From: Poseidonia sp.
Lineage (GTDB): Archaea > Thermoplasmatota > Poseidoniia > Poseidoniales > Poseidoniaceae
NCBI GenBank assembly: GCA_049627345.1
Contig: JBMZXF010000001.1
Location: 85,848-149,847, forward strand
Length of the DNA: 64,000 nucleotides
Direction: 5' to 3'
Below the pieces are notes generated by a model that worked only from the letters and a program-made list of their open reading frames with translations, was not told the origin of the DNA and searched no databases. Of this stretch, positions 25,785-40,053 are shown piece by piece. Numbering within the stretch: position 1 is the first letter of the stretch; the number at the start of each line of letters is the position of its first letter. The position numbers and the translations under genes are program-made.

Positions 25785-28700
25785 ATGTCGGAACGGCGCT
25801 CCAGTCCAGCCTTTGCCTTCGTCCTCCTGATGCTCGTGTCCAGCACGGCGCCTTTGCTGATGAGTGTGGCTGCGGAAAGTGGCGAGGATGGGACTTCTAC
25901 CAACGCCTACAATGCGGGTGGCGTGATCATCGGGGATCTGGATGAATTCGACCCCAGTGAAGGAAGTGAGTATTTGTTTATTCATGAAGAAGAGCCCGTT
26001 GTCTCCGCCACGCAGTTCATGCGACAGGCATGGATCGACGAAGGCCGACCCGGCGTGGACGACATGGTGATTCAGCCATCCATGGGGCGCTCCTCGGGTC
26101 GTGCTTGTACTCCGCACGTCGTTGGTGATACACTCACGGTCCCCATCTCCGGAGGCTCCATTTCTGCCTACGTTGCAAAAACAACCACGACGGTGGCCTT
26201 CATCGTTCAAAGCGGACGCACGCTTTCGTCCACCGTCCTCAACAACTTAGCGAGCACCTGGGATTCCACCATTTACCCCACCATGACGACCTATTACGGC
26301 AAGGACTACCAGGATGGACGAGGTCTTGCGCCGCCCGATATCGACAACAACTGTCAGGTTCAAATCGTCATTTACGACATCGACGGGGCATACAACACGG
26401 GCGGCTACTTTGCCCCTTCTTTCTCGTCGTCCCGCGAGGCCGTGTTTGTGGATTACGCCGACATCACCCTCTCTTGGGGCCGCTCCATCCTCGCCCACGA
26501 ACTCGAGCATTTGCTGCACAACGCCCTCGATCCCTACGAGAACCTCTGGATTGACGAAGGCAACGCCGACGTCGCGATTTACCTCTGCTTCGGTGCAGAT
26601 TCAACCCTGACCGGCCACGTGAACGCATGGACGGGTGCGCCCGAACAATCGGTGCGATGGTGGAATCAGCGCATTGCGGACTACGGGGCGGGCTACATGT
26701 TTACCATGTACCTCGCTGAGCATTTGGGCGGCGGCCCAGCAGTTCGCCAACTCGTTCAGGACTCCGCCACGGGCGGCAGGGGTGTTGAGAACCTGCTTCT
26801 TTCGCCACAGAGCGGGCAGGTCGGCCTGCTTGGAAGGACGATGAACGAAGCCTTTGCAAATTTCAGCATTGCAGCCACCCTCGATTCTGACCAAGGCATC
26901 TACGGCTACCCGAACCTTGACCTCAACCCCGTCTGCACCGGTGGAGCGTTCTGCAGGGCGCAGCCAACCGAAGTCAACAGCGACTGGTCAACCCCCTGGT
27001 CCTCCACCGGCAACACCCTTGAAGGCTGGGGCATCCGCTCGTTCCAGTTCACACCCGGGGCCGCTTCACCCGCTCCGCTGACCCTTCGTTTGACGGCCGA
27101 CAAGAGCCAGTTCGACGGCGTGATTGTCACCAAGGCCGTTTCCGACGGTCTGTGGAGCGTCACCGACCTGGACTTCGTGAACAACGTGGCCACCGGCCTT
27201 GTGCCTGGGTTCGGCAACCTGACCGACGAAGTGTGGGTGATCACCTGGTACGCTTCCACGGTGGCGGATTGCGACTACACCTCTTGCGGCCCCTCTTACC
27301 CCGAAGGCACCGTTGACATCGAAGCCGCTCGAATCACTTCGCCTGCTACGCTTTCGCTCAACAACACGGTGCTCTCGGACCGGGACGGCGACGGCATGGA
27401 AGACACGGTGGAAATCAACTACGGCGTCCTCTCCAATGCCTTCTTTGAGGATCTTGATGTCGAAATCACCGTTCGAGATGCGAGCGGCACGGTCGTGGAC
27501 ACCATCACCGACAGAATCGCTGCCGGTGGCGGTGTGGCCGTTGACGGACAGGTTTACTTCACTGCACCCTTGGCCGACCAGTACGCCTTTGACATGGTCA
27601 TGAAGGACATGCTTGGTGATCCGGTTGATTCCCTTCAAACATCGCCTCAGATGCTCAACAACATGCGTCCTGTGGCCAACGGGAGTGTCTCGCTCACCGA
27701 CGTTCAGACCTGGGAGAACATTCAGTTCCAAGGTGCAGGATTTGATGCCTGGGGTCTCTCGCTCTCCAACAACAGCCTGCCCTACCTCGACGCACCGACG
27801 GCCTATGCCTGGGTGTTTGGCGACAACGCTTCTTCAAACCTCAAATCGCCCCTCCGTTCGTACACGGAGGTCGGAAGCTACAACGCCACCTTGCGTGTGA
27901 TGGACCGGGGTGGCACCTGGTCGGAGACGCAAGTCCACGCCATCAACGTCAGTGACATCACGGAGCCGTTGCCGGTCATCACCGTGAACAACGTGGTGAT
28001 TGAGGACAACATTTCCTTGCTGACCGGCCAGCGTATTCTCTTCTCTGCAGGCCGCTCTGTCGACAACGTTCCCATCGACCATCTCGACTTCCAGTGGGAT
28101 TGGGGCGATGGAACGCAAAGCGGTGGCGTTGGTGTCTATTCACAGCAGCATGAGTGGGACGACATCGACGGTGAGAGCGAAACATTCACCCTCACCTTGA
28201 CGGTCTCCGACGGCATCAATGTCGGAACGAAAACGCTTCTCGTTCAGATCAACAACAGGGTGCCCGTCCAAATTTACGCAGAGACATTGACCACCATGAC
28301 CTACACCAGTCTTGTCCTTCCCGATGTGTTCGTGGACGACGACGGTGAACTTCTCACCTACGCGTGGTCCTTCCCGGACGGTGTCCGCGTGGGTACGGGG
28401 ACGCCAACCCGAAACGATGACTTCTCCACGGTGAGCAGCAGCGCCACGAACCCCATTGTGGCTTGGGATGTTCCAGGCAACAAGACCGTCTCGCTCACGG
28501 TCACGGACGACGACGGTAGCCAAGCAACGGCCGTCCTCAACGTGGTGGTGTTGAATCAAATGCCCGTGGCCACCTTTGACGTCAGGACCCTCTCGGCGAT
28601 GGGTTCGCGTGAGATCGACTTCCGAGAGGAAGACGGCGAAGTCGACACGGCCTACGTCTTCGACGGACTTGACAGCATGGACCCCGACGGTTCAGTGGGT

Positions 28701-29990
28701 GATTCAACGGACATCGAGGTGTGGAACTGGACCTTCTCCGACGGCACCTTCGGCGACCGCCCCCAAGTGACGCACACGTTCACCACCCCCGGCGTTCATA
28801 CCGTGTCCTTGGTCGTCACCGACAAGGACGGGCAGGAAAGCTTCACCCGTACCATGACGGTTCGCATCGCGAACCCGCTCCCCATCATTCAGGTCCGCAT
28901 CTTGGACGGGTACATCGGGGACGACATCATCACCACCTCGACGCCGTTCCCCGAGGGGACCGTCCCCGACGGATGGTCGCATACCTTCAACGAGGACGGC
29001 GCCGTGGTAACCGCACCAGAGCGCATGCTCTACTTCGATTCCTCCGGAACACGCGACGGCGACCGGCAATTCGAAGGCAAGTACGTCCCATTTGAAGTGG
29101 AATCACCCGACTGGAACGGCTTGGTCCAATACACCTGGGACTTTGGCGATGCAACACCACTGGTTCACGAGGCGACACCCTGGCACGCCTACACGCTCCC
29201 CGGTACCTACACGGTTTCGCTCACCGTGCGAGACGGGTTTGGAACGGGTGATGTATCTCGCCAAACCTTCACCGTGGTGGTTGATGAACCGCCCGAGGCC
29301 CGGGAGATCTACGTTCCGGAGAACATCTTCGCCGGCTCCTCTATTTCCTTTGACGCCGATGTGTTTGACGCCGAGGCTGGAAGCGAGATGGAGATCTATC
29401 GAGACTTGGATGTTGAAGACGGTTCGATCACCGAGCGAGACGAGCGCATTCTCACGCAGTTCACCGTTCGTTGGGACTTTGACATCGAAACCGATGCGGA
29501 TGAAAACGGCAATCCAGCCGACGATTGGGTCACCCCCATCGCAGGTTCTTCCGTCCGTACCATCAACACCTGGGAGGCCACCGGATTCTACACCGTGTTG
29601 GTGGAAGTTTGCGATGGCATGGGTCAGTGTGACATCTTGACCGAAGACATCGAAGTGGTCCCGGAGCCCGATGGCCCGCCCTCGTTGTCCGACTTCAGCG
29701 CCGACGAGTGGAAATCCTGGCTGGCCGATGCGGGTTCTGAACTGGCGACCTTCATTGCGCTCATTGTGGTGGCGCTCGTCTTGGGATGGCTCGTGATGCG
29801 CGAGCCATCGGCGCTCGAGGAAGAAGCCAAGGAAGCCGCTGAGACGTACACCGATATTGAGCATGTTGAGTCGCAAGGCGGTTTGCTGGGCATGGACCAT
29901 CACATGCCACCGCCTGCTCCGAAGATCCTCTCGAAGGACGAACGCCGGAACGATGAGAGCGGCTATGTTCGTCCTCTGCGCCGTCGTTGA
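25785..29990 (+). CDS. Giant surface-anchored gluzincin metalloprotease with about 6 PKD-like domains
   Basis: Signal peptide. HELEHLLHNALDPYENLWIDEGNADVAIY follows the HExxH...WxxEGxA pattern (peptidase MA-like). PKD-type repeats carry W-x-F/W-G/S-D-G ... SLTVTD motifs (nt about 27800-29630). A C-terminal TM helix is present. An alternative GTG start is at 25776. Confidence 0.8.
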   Translation: MSERRSSPAFAFVLLMLVSSTAPLLMSVAAESGEDGTSTNAYNAGGVIIGDLDEFDPSEGSEYLFIHEEEPVVSATQFMRQAWIDEGRPGVDDMVIQPSMGRSSGRACTPHVVGDTLTVPISGGSISAYVAKTTTTVAFIVQSGRTLSSTVLNNLASTWDSTIYPTMTTYYGKDYQDGRGLAPPDIDNNCQVQIVIYDIDGAYNTGGYFAPSFSSSREAVFVDYADITLSWGRSILAHELEHLLHNALDPYENLWIDEGNADVAIYLCFGADSTLTGHVNAWTGAPEQSVRWWNQRIADYGAGYMFTMYLAEHLGGGPAVRQLVQDSATGGRGVENLLLSPQSGQVGLLGRTMNEAFANFSIAATLDSDQGIYGYPNLDLNPVCTGGAFCRAQPTEVNSDWSTPWSSTGNTLEGWGIRSFQFTPGAASPAPLTLRLTADKSQFDGVIVTKAVSDGLWSVTDLDFVNNVATGLVPGFGNLTDEVWVITWYASTVADCDYTSCGPSYPEGTVDIEAARITSPATLSLNNTVLSDRDGDGMEDTVEINYGVLSNAFFEDLDVEITVRDASGTVVDTITDRIAAGGGVAVDGQVYFTAPLADQYAFDMVMKDMLGDPVDSLQTSPQMLNNMRPVANGSVSLTDVQTWENIQFQGAGFDAWGLSLSNNSLPYLDAPTAYAWVFGDNASSNLKSPLRSYTEVGSYNATLRVMDRGGTWSETQVHAINVSDITEPLPVITVNNVVIEDNISLLTGQRILFSAGRSVDNVPIDHLDFQWDWGDGTQSGGVGVYSQQHEWDDIDGESETFTLTLTVSDGINVGTKTLLVQINNRVPVQIYAETLTTMTYTSLVLPDVFVDDDGELLTYAWSFPDGVRVGTGTPTRNDDFSTVSSSATNPIVAWDVPGNKTVSLTVTDDDGSQATAVLNVVVLNQMPVATFDVRTLSAMGSREIDFREEDGEVDTAYVFDGLDSMDPDGSVGDSTDIEVWNWTFSDGTFGDRPQVTHTFTTPGVHTVSLVVTDKDGQESFTRTMTVRIANPLPIIQVRILDGYIGDDIITTSTPFPEGTVPDGWSHTFNEDGAVVTAPERMLYFDSSGTRDGDRQFEGKYVPFEVESPDWNGLVQYTWDFGDATPLVHEATPWHAYTLPGTYTVSLTVRDGFGTGDVSRQTFTVVVDEPPEAREIYVPENIFAGSSISFDADVFDAEAGSEMEIYRDLDVEDGSITERDERILTQFTVRWDFDIETDADENGNPADDWVTPIAGSSVRTINTWEATGFYTVLVEVCDGMGQCDILTEDIEVVPEPDGPPSLSDFSADEWKSWLADAGSELATFIALIVVALVLGWLVMREPSALEEEAKEAAETYTDIEHVESQGGLLGMDHHMPPPAPKILSKDERRNDESGYVRPLRRR

Positions 29991-30037
29991 GGGAATGTCC
30001 TAAAACCGAGCAGGACCGTCTCCAACCGGGTGAAGGC

Positions 30038-31066
30038 ATGCGAATGACATCGGCGGTCGCCTTGATGGTCCTGATGGCCATCCTCGTTTCGCCAAGTACG
30101 AGCGTGCTGCCTTCGGCCCAAGCAGCCTCGGCATGCGAGGGTGAGGTCGCTGCACCCGAGTGGAACACCAGCCTCCAGCAGATGGCGTTGGTCCCCCACT
30201 GGAGCAGCCCTTACGCCTTCGACCCATACTACGGCGAACCCGTTTATGCGCCGGAGGGCAGGGATCACGAGGAGTACTACGAAACCAACGTCGGTGATCT
30301 TGACCCCGCTCTCCACCCCGAGGAACCGTGGGTCTACAACCCCGTTTGGCCGCTGCCTCGTCTCGATCCGCTCACCACCGGGCAGTACGCCGTGATGGAG
30401 ATCGGGAACGACAGTTCTGGCGTGCTCCGAATGAACCTCTCCAGTTCGCACCGAACCACCTTCTGCATTTCCCTGTACGAAACGGATGGGAACGCCACCA
30501 AACCGGTGGCGGCCGATGTCTACCTGATGACCACAACGCAATACGATGCCTACGGCGAAGTGTACCGAATGATGCACGGGGGTTGGTGGTGGGACGACCT
30601 GGACATTGCGGGTGGCGACGGTGACGTGCTCAGCGATATTCCGCCGGAATGGCGCAGTTTCAACCCGCTCGGCTGGCAATCGTACCGCGATGTGCACCAA
30701 TACGAACAGCGTGAAGAACTCACCTTTTCTGTCGCCATGGACGGCCCCGAAGTGTATTCCTCGTTGTTTGGCGGTACGGAGTGGCAAGATTTCTACCTCG
30801 TCATCGATGCTTGGGACAACACCAACGACGATGATGCACCCGCCTTGAACAGTGTTCTGGTGGCCGATGTCACCGTGCTCCCTACCGAGCGCTCAGCCCT
30901 TCTTCCGCCATGGACGGTACCGCTCACGCTGTTTGTTTTGCTGGCAGCCGTGGTCGTGGTGCCCGTGGTCCTCAACAGCCGATACATGCAGGCTGGCCTT
31001 GACCAATCCTCGGCCAAGAAAGCGCCTGTCCCGGTGATGGAACAAACCGCTGCTGAACTTGAATAG
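30038..31066 (+). CDS. Secreted/anchored hypothetical protein
   Basis: Signal peptide MRMTSAVALMVLMAILVSPS...AQAASA and a C-terminal TM helix LTLFVLLAAVVVVPVV. GGTGA lies 4 nt upstream of ATG 30038. It is directly downstream of the giant protease. Confidence 0.5.
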   Translation: MRMTSAVALMVLMAILVSPSTSVLPSAQAASACEGEVAAPEWNTSLQQMALVPHWSSPYAFDPYYGEPVYAPEGRDHEEYYETNVGDLDPALHPEEPWVYNPVWPLPRLDPLTTGQYAVMEIGNDSSGVLRMNLSSSHRTTFCISLYETDGNATKPVAADVYLMTTTQYDAYGEVYRMMHGGWWWDDLDIAGGDGDVLSDIPPEWRSFNPLGWQSYRDVHQYEQREELTFSVAMDGPEVYSSLFGGTEWQDFYLVIDAWDNTNDDDAPALNSVLVADVTVLPTERSALLPPWTVPLTLFVLLAAVVVVPVVLNSRYMQAGLDQSSAKKAPVPVMEQTAAELE

Positions 31067-31069
31067 GCC

Positions 31070-31867
31070 TCAGTATTCCATGAGGGTCCAGGCGTTCTTG
31101 AGGTCTCGAATGTTGACGAGGCCCTTGTTGGAGAGTTTGAACTCCGAGCGTAGGGTGGCGTAGACAAGCGATTGCCCGAGAACGGGAGCGTGGAGCCGTG
31201 CCCAATCGCCGCCGTTGCCCAGCGCCATCATGGAAAAGGCGTGCTTCGAACTCTTGAGTTCGTAGCTGGCCTCGACGATTTGCAGTGCATCTTGGTGGTC
31301 GTTGACGGTTCCACAGAACTTGAACACCTCGCCTTCCTTGGCATGCTCGTTCACCATGCTCACGAGTTCTTCAGCGCTTGGGGTGGTGGTGGTGTCGTGA
31401 ATCGAAGAGATCACGCGGACGCCAGCGGCGCTGGCTTTGTCAAGCAGTTCGGTACGAACTTCGTCATCGATGGACAATTCAAGGTCCACCGAGTTGACGC
31501 CCGATGCGATGGCCTTCTCGAGGATTTCATGCCGTTGACTGGCCTCGCCGGGGTAATGGCCGCCCTCTTCAATGGGGCGAACCGTGAAGATGACCGGGAG
31601 CGGGATGCTCTCTTTGAGGTTCTGAATGCAACCGTCCACGTCGATGCTGTCCATTTCGCGAACAGGCCATTCGCTTTCTGGCGGCATCACGTGCTTGACT
31701 TCGCCGTCTTCGCCTTCAACAGGTTGCGCTTCGGGTCGCTTGAGGTAGAGTCGATCAAATCGGACTTCAACGAAATCGGCGCCAGCGAGGTTGGCTCGTG
31801 CTGCTTCATCCGCCATCTCTTTCACGGTCGTTCCTTCCAAAGAAACACACACTTTCGGGTCAGCCAT
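31070..31867 (-). CDS. aroD: 3-dehydroquinate dehydratase, type I
   Basis: KVCVSLEGTTVKEM...ADFVEVRFD N-terminal pattern, a Schiff-base Lys context (GEVFKFCG) and SMMALGNGGDWARL. Confidence 0.75.
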   Translation of the reverse strand: MADPKVCVSLEGTTVKEMADEAARANLAGADFVEVRFDRLYLKRPEAQPVEGEDGEVKHVMPPESEWPVREMDSIDVDGCIQNLKESIPLPVIFTVRPIEEGGHYPGEASQRHEILEKAIASGVNSVDLELSIDDEVRTELLDKASAAGVRVISSIHDTTTTPSAEELVSMVNEHAKEGEVFKFCGTVNDHQDALQIVEASYELKSSKHAFSMMALGNGGDWARLHAPVLGQSLVYATLRSEFKLSNKGLVNIRDLKNAWTLMEY

Positions 31868-32040
31868 GCAGCACCCATCTGACCCCTCTTCTTAACGGTC
31901 ACGCTGGCTTCATCATCGCTTTTTTCAGCAAAACCACCGTTTGCTGTTGTTTGATGAACATTGAGGTTTGATGTCGATGGCATGGAGGGTGTTCGGCATC
32001 AAAAAATGGGCCGCTATCCCTCGTTTTTCTGTGACAAAAA

Positions 32041-32058
32041 GGGGTATGTTTATACCCC
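32041..32058. other. Perfect 7-bp stem / 4-nt loop hairpin in the gyrB upstream region
   Basis: GGGGTAT-GTTT-ATACCCC, about 100 nt upstream of the gyrB ATG. It contains a TTTATA-like element. Confidence 0.4.
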
Positions 32059-32154
32059 GTGGCGAGCAGTGTATTTTGAAGGAGGAAAGCGGCGTTCTTG
32101 TATCCTCAAAATCGCCCGCAGCCCTCCGATTTTAACACACATTGAGGTGAATAA

Positions 32155-36811
<4,657 letters not shown>

Positions 36812-36918
36812 CTCGGCCCATGAACGAGCCTTGACGCGCAGCGCAGGCGAGCGACGCATTGAAACGGGATGCCGATGTCTTCGGTCTGCAAGGGGCCTTC
36901 CCTCCTGCGGTGAGATTG

Positions 36919-38172
36919 ATGGACGAGCGTTCTTTGATTTACGATTGGAACACGGTGGAGTACGACTTCAAGCGTGATGCGAACAACCACCCTCACGGGG
37001 TTTGGTTTGACGATGAAACCTTGCGTGACGGGCTTCAGAGCCCCAGCGCCCGAAATCCCACGATTGAGCAGAAGATCGAACTTCTCGGTTACATGGAGCA
37101 ACTCGGTTTGCAAAAGGTCGACCTCGGTCTGCCCGGGGCTGGCCCGTTCCACCGCAACCACATCGATGCCATGCTCACCCACATCCGAGAAAACGACTAT
37201 GCCATCCGACCCGGAGCGGCTGTTCGAACCCTGATGGGCGACATTGAACCGCTGGTGGAGATGCAGGCCAAGCACGAAATGGAGATTCAAGCCTCGGCCT
37301 TCCTCGGCACCAGCCCCATCCGCCAGTACACGGAAGGCTGGACCATGGAGAAACTCATGACCACGATGGAAAAGGCCGTCTCCTACGCTGTTGAGAACGA
37401 CGTTCCTGTCATGTTTGTCACCGAGGACACCACCCGTTCAAATCCTGAGGATGTGAAGATGATTTACCAACGGGCCATGGAACTCGGCGTGCGCCGCCTG
37501 TGCGTGTGTGACACCTGCGGCCATGTAACGCCCAACGGCGTGAAGAAACTCCTCGCCTTCATCGACGAGGAGGTCATCAAGGACGCAGGCTATCAGCGCC
37601 GGGACATCGAAGTCAACTGGCACGGCCACCAAGACCGTGGTCTTGGCGTGGCCAACAACATCGCTGCGGTGGAAGCCGGCGCCGATGTGATTCACGGTAC
37701 GGCCCTTGGCGTCGGTGAGCGAGCCGGAAACGCCCCGCTCGACCAGACCTTGGTCAATTTGAAGCTCATGGGTGTCATTGACAACGACCTGACGTTGCTG
37801 GACACCTACATGCAGAAGGCCAACGAATACATCGAAGTCCCCTTGCCACGAAACTACCCTGTGTTCGGTGAGGATGCCTTCGAAACCGGTACCGGTGTCC
37901 ACGCTTCAGCCGTCATTAAGGCCATGCGGAAAGGCGACCATTGGCTTGCCGACCGTGTGTATTCCGGCGTTCCTGCCGGTGATTTCGGTTTGAAGCAGGT
38001 CATCCGAATCGGGCACATGTCCGGTCGCTCGAACATCATTTGGTGGTTGGAACAAGAGGGCATTGAACCTCAAGATGACTTGGTCGCTCATCTGTTTGAA
38101 GTGGCCAAGAGCCAGAAGCGGAACATGCTTGACGAGGAAATTCACGCTGCGGTCGCTGCGTTCAGCGCTTGA
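36919..38172 (+). CDS. 2-isopropylmalate / homocitrate / citramalate synthase family (HMGL-like DRE-TIM) enzyme without the LeuA regulatory domain
   Basis: FDDETLRDGLQSP, then HGHQDRGLGVANNIAAVEAGADVIHGTALGVGERAGNAPL. GGTGA lies 5 nt upstream of ATG 36919. Confidence 0.75.
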   Translation: MDERSLIYDWNTVEYDFKRDANNHPHGVWFDDETLRDGLQSPSARNPTIEQKIELLGYMEQLGLQKVDLGLPGAGPFHRNHIDAMLTHIRENDYAIRPGAAVRTLMGDIEPLVEMQAKHEMEIQASAFLGTSPIRQYTEGWTMEKLMTTMEKAVSYAVENDVPVMFVTEDTTRSNPEDVKMIYQRAMELGVRRLCVCDTCGHVTPNGVKKLLAFIDEEVIKDAGYQRRDIEVNWHGHQDRGLGVANNIAAVEAGADVIHGTALGVGERAGNAPLDQTLVNLKLMGVIDNDLTLLDTYMQKANEYIEVPLPRNYPVFGEDAFETGTGVHASAVIKAMRKGDHWLADRVYSGVPAGDFGLKQVIRIGHMSGRSNIIWWLEQEGIEPQDDLVAHLFEVAKSQKRNMLDEEIHAAVAAFSA

Positions 38173-38175
38173 TGA

Positions 38176-39489
38176 TCAAGCGGCTTCCTCTTCGAAGTCC
38201 TTTTCCTCCCCCGTAGGTTTGGAGCCGATCCATTCCGAGTCCACCTCACCACCGCTCCATTCGCCATCGAGCGAAATTTCGTTGATTTCGTGCTCCTCTC
38301 GCCACACCCGCTCCTCGAGGCTTCCGTTGACGATGAATTGGCCGTTCTCATCGATTTGCTCCTCAAGCAGGGCGAAATGTTTGGAGATTGGCAAAAAATG
38401 TCCGACCGGCATGCCAGCCGCCGTAAACGGGTTTGTGGCGGCACCGATGATCAAACCGTCTTCGGGTGCGACGATGTCCACCGACATGCCTGGCGTGGCG
38501 GGGTCGGAAATGGTCGCCACCACTTCTCCCTCTCGCATCACGCTCCCCGCTTGAACAAACATGTCGAGCAAGCCGCCTTCTGCGGCCCTCAGCCACGTGG
38601 AGCCGCTGGCCATGATACGGAACTTGGGTCGTTGTGGGTTGCCGGGCACCATGCGCATCGAACGCAAGGCGTTCATCACACCGTGGACGGCCACCTTGAC
38701 CGAGAGGTCGCCCAGCGAATCAGCCCCGCCGCCCTCGTACGTTACCACAGGAATGTCTGCAGCGTTGCCCGTCCGACGCAACGTCCCCTTGGATGGGACC
38801 GAGTCAAGAATGATTTCAATCCCGAAGGATTTAGCGAGTAAGTAGGAACTTGTATGGGTGAGGTCACAACGAACCTGCGGCATGTTTCGCCGTCCTTTGG
38901 CGGCGCTGTGCAGGTCGATGATGGCGTCACTGTCTTCAACGAGGTGCGTCCAGACTTGATGGGCAACCCGCCGCGTCGTTGATCCACCAGGGTCGCCAGG
39001 AAATTGTCGGTTGAGGTCCCTTCCATCGGGGAAGTACCTCGATTTCATCCGGTAGCCGGGGAGGTTCACGATGGGAACGATGCGCAGCGTGCCGGCGAGG
39101 CTCTTGGGGTCCAGGGGTTTTCCTTCATCCGTGAAGGCGTTGCTCAGGAGGTGGGTGCAGGCAGAGGGGCCGGTCAATTCGTCGCCGTGGATGCCCCCGA
39201 TGACCGTGATGCAAGGCCCCGGTCTTGAACCGTGTATGATGGTCACCGGGATGGGCCACGCATCACCGAGGCTGACGTTGAGCAAAGGAAGGTGCACGGT
39301 TCGAAGCGTCCCTGGCTTGATGCGCTTACGGTTGAACCGGATATCGCCCCATTCGGAGGTTCGGTCCCATTCTGGTCGGTCTTCGGTTTGGTGTTCCTTC
39401 ATCGCCTCTTCGATGGCCATTCGCCGTCGTTTGGGGAGTTCATGTGCGACGCGCACTTTGCGGACGGTTTTCTTCTTCCGCCCGCTCAT
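38176..39489 (-). CDS. Succinylglutamate desuccinylase/aspartoacylase (AstE/AspA, M14-like) family protein
   Basis: ITVIGGIHGDELTGPS and DLHSA motifs, with a barrel-sandwich-like GEVVATISDP near the C-terminus. The N-terminus is Lys/Arg-rich and the C-terminal tail is acidic. I trimmed the start to ATG 39489. Confidence 0.7.
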   Translation of the reverse strand: MSGRKKKTVRKVRVAHELPKRRRMAIEEAMKEHQTEDRPEWDRTSEWGDIRFNRKRIKPGTLRTVHLPLLNVSLGDAWPIPVTIIHGSRPGPCITVIGGIHGDELTGPSACTHLLSNAFTDEGKPLDPKSLAGTLRIVPIVNLPGYRMKSRYFPDGRDLNRQFPGDPGGSTTRRVAHQVWTHLVEDSDAIIDLHSAAKGRRNMPQVRCDLTHTSSYLLAKSFGIEIILDSVPSKGTLRRTGNAADIPVVTYEGGGADSLGDLSVKVAVHGVMNALRSMRMVPGNPQRPKFRIMASGSTWLRAAEGGLLDMFVQAGSVMREGEVVATISDPATPGMSVDIVAPEDGLIIGAATNPFTAAGMPVGHFLPISKHFALLEEQIDENGQFIVNGSLEERVWREEHEINEISLDGEWSGGEVDSEWIGSKPTGEEKDFEEEAA

Positions 39490-39576
39490 GCGTTTCCCAC
39501 GCCCCTGCCCGTCATCAACGCTCCGTTTTTTTTTCTTGAGGGAAGAACCAAGAATCGTGTCGCCGGTCTTCCTACC

Positions 39577-40044
39577 ATGAGCGACCTCGGTGTGCAACGG
39601 ACCTATGCTCCAACCTCGATTTGTTTTGGATGCGGTCCAGCCAACGAACACGGCCTTCAAATCAACTCTTTTCGGACAGCGGACGGGCTGACCATGGACT
39701 TCGTTCCAGCTGACCATCACCAAGCCTTTCCTGGCATGATCAACGGCGGTATCATCGGGACCCTGCTCGACTGTCATGGGAATTGGGCGGCAGCTGTGGC
39801 ACTCATGGATGCACAAGGCCTTGATGAGCCGCCTTGCACGGTAACCGCCTCCTACGATGTTCAACTTCGACGGCCCACGCCTCATGGTGCGACCTTGACG
39901 GTGAACGCCACGCCGACCGAGGTCCTGGACGACAGGGTGCGGGTTGCGCTCACCTTGGAGGCGGAAGGTAAGGTATGTGCCACAGGGAGCGGTCTCTTTG
40001 TCGCTGTGAAGGAAGGTCACCCTGCCTATCATCGATGGTCCTGA
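39577..40044 (+). CDS. Hotdog-fold (PaaI/4HBT-like) thioesterase
   Basis: CFGCGPANEHGLQI followed by PGMINGGIIGTLLDCHG. I trimmed the start to ATG 39577; the upstream track portion is antisense to the AstE-like gene. Confidence 0.7.
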   Translation: MSDLGVQRTYAPTSICFGCGPANEHGLQINSFRTADGLTMDFVPADHHQAFPGMINGGIIGTLLDCHGNWAAAVALMDAQGLDEPPCTVTASYDVQLRRPTPHGATLTVNATPTEVLDDRVRVALTLEAEGKVCATGSGLFVAVKEGHPAYHRWS

Positions 40045-40053
40045 GGACGTGGT

